NCBI GenBank assembly: GCA_963843575.1
Contig: CAWJKZ010000007.1
Location: forward strand, 1-16,595
Reading direction: 5' to 3'
DNA from: an uncultured Acidobacteriota bacterium
GTDB lineage: Bacteria; Acidobacteriota; UBA6911
Length of the DNA: 16,595 bases
The position numbers were made by a program, and so were the translations under genes. Positions within the stretch are counted from its first letter, which is position 1; every line of letters starts with the position of its first letter. Of this stretch, positions 15,968 to 16,595 are shown in pieces. The notes below the pieces were generated by a model, which worked only from the letters and a program-made list of their open reading frames with translations, had not been told where the DNA came from and made no database searches.

Positions 15968-16595
15968 ATGCGAGAACAACGCAGACCCTCAGAACAGCTA
16001 TCCAGACGCCGGTTTCTGGCCTCCGCGGCCGCTCTTTCGGTGGTGCCGCTGCCTCACGGCGCGCTTGCGAACCCGCCTGCCGCCAGGCCCAACTCGAAGT
16101 TCGGCGGCGTTCAGATCGGGGCCATCACCTACAGCTGGCGCAGCATGCCCGGCGCGGCGACCGACATTATCCGATACTGCGTCCAGGCGGGGATGAGCTC
16201 CATCGAGTTGATGGGCAACGTGGCCGAGGAGTATGCGGGGATTCCGCCGAGCCCCGCCCGGCCGCCGCGCGACGTGCCGCAAACCGACGAGCAGAAAGAG
16301 GCCTTCAAGAAGGCCCTTGCCGAGGCGACCGAGGCGCAGCGCAAATGGCGCCTCGCACTGCCGATGAAGAAGTACGAAGAGCTCCGCAAGCTCTTCAACA
16401 ACGCCGGCATCAGCATTCACATCGCGAAGTTCTCACCGGCCACCTGGACGGACGACGAAATCGACTATTCGTTCAACGCAGCGAAGACGCTGGGCGCCAA
16501 GGGTGTCTGCAACGAGATAGGCGACGAGGCCTGCCAGCGGCTGGGCCGGTTCGCGGAAAAGCACAAGATGTACGCCATCTTCCACCAGCACTTCC
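15968..16595 (+). CDS. Tat-exported sugar-phosphate isomerase/epimerase (TIM barrel), 3'-truncated; absent from the supplied ORF track
   Basis: ATG at 15968 after AAAGGGA. Translates MREQRRPSEQLSRRRFLASAAALSVV...NSKFGGVQIGAITYSWRSMPG...GMSSIELMG...EIDYSFNAAKTLGAKGV...FHQH and stays open to the window end. Confidence 0.88.
   Translation, partial: MREQRRPSEQLSRRRFLASAAALSVVPLPHGALANPPAARPNSKFGGVQIGAITYSWRSMPGAATDIIRYCVQAGMSSIELMGNVAEEYAGIPPSPARPPRDVPQTDEQKEAFKKALAEATEAQRKWRLALPMKKYEELRKLFNNAGISIHIAKFSPATWTDDEIDYSFNAAKTLGAKGVCNEIGDEACQRLGRFAEKHKMYAIFHQHF

Noticed and set aside
15939-16196. 85-aa ORF from the track
   Set aside because: It is in the wrong frame. The real gene starts at ATG 15968 and runs off the window end.

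Overview
GC-rich bacterial window. The Oar-like TonB-dependent receptor, TPR/carboxypeptidase-regulatory-domain proteins and Tat-exported TIM-barrel enzymes suggest Acidobacteriota, but that is an inference. Gene order: 3' end of a GH2 beta-galactosidase (+); Tat-exported sugar-phosphate isomerase/epimerase (-); intramembrane-sensing histidine kinase and sigma54-dependent response regulator (-); large TonB-dependent receptor-like protein (+); TPR protein (-); Spy/CpxP protein (+); secreted TPR protein (-); DoxX / internal twin-arginine / TIM-barrel fusion (-), divergent from a small triheme cytochrome c (+); membrane-anchored protein with two ~80-aa His/Cys repeats (+); 5' part of a second Tat-exported isomerase/epimerase (+). 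Two observations stand out. (1) A three-level nested repeat at 10205-10470: a 156-bp MITE-like element with perfect 19-bp terminal inverted repeats sits in the loop of a REP hairpin, is flanked by a near-perfect 4-bp duplication and carries a second REP family inside; related copies occur at 1089-1237 and 4794-4824. (2) The DoxX fusion has the layout of a dual Sec/Tat membrane protein and may form a periplasmic redox module with the cytochrome. No tRNA, rRNA, CRISPR array or transposase was seen. All family calls come from motif recognition by eye; no searches were run.
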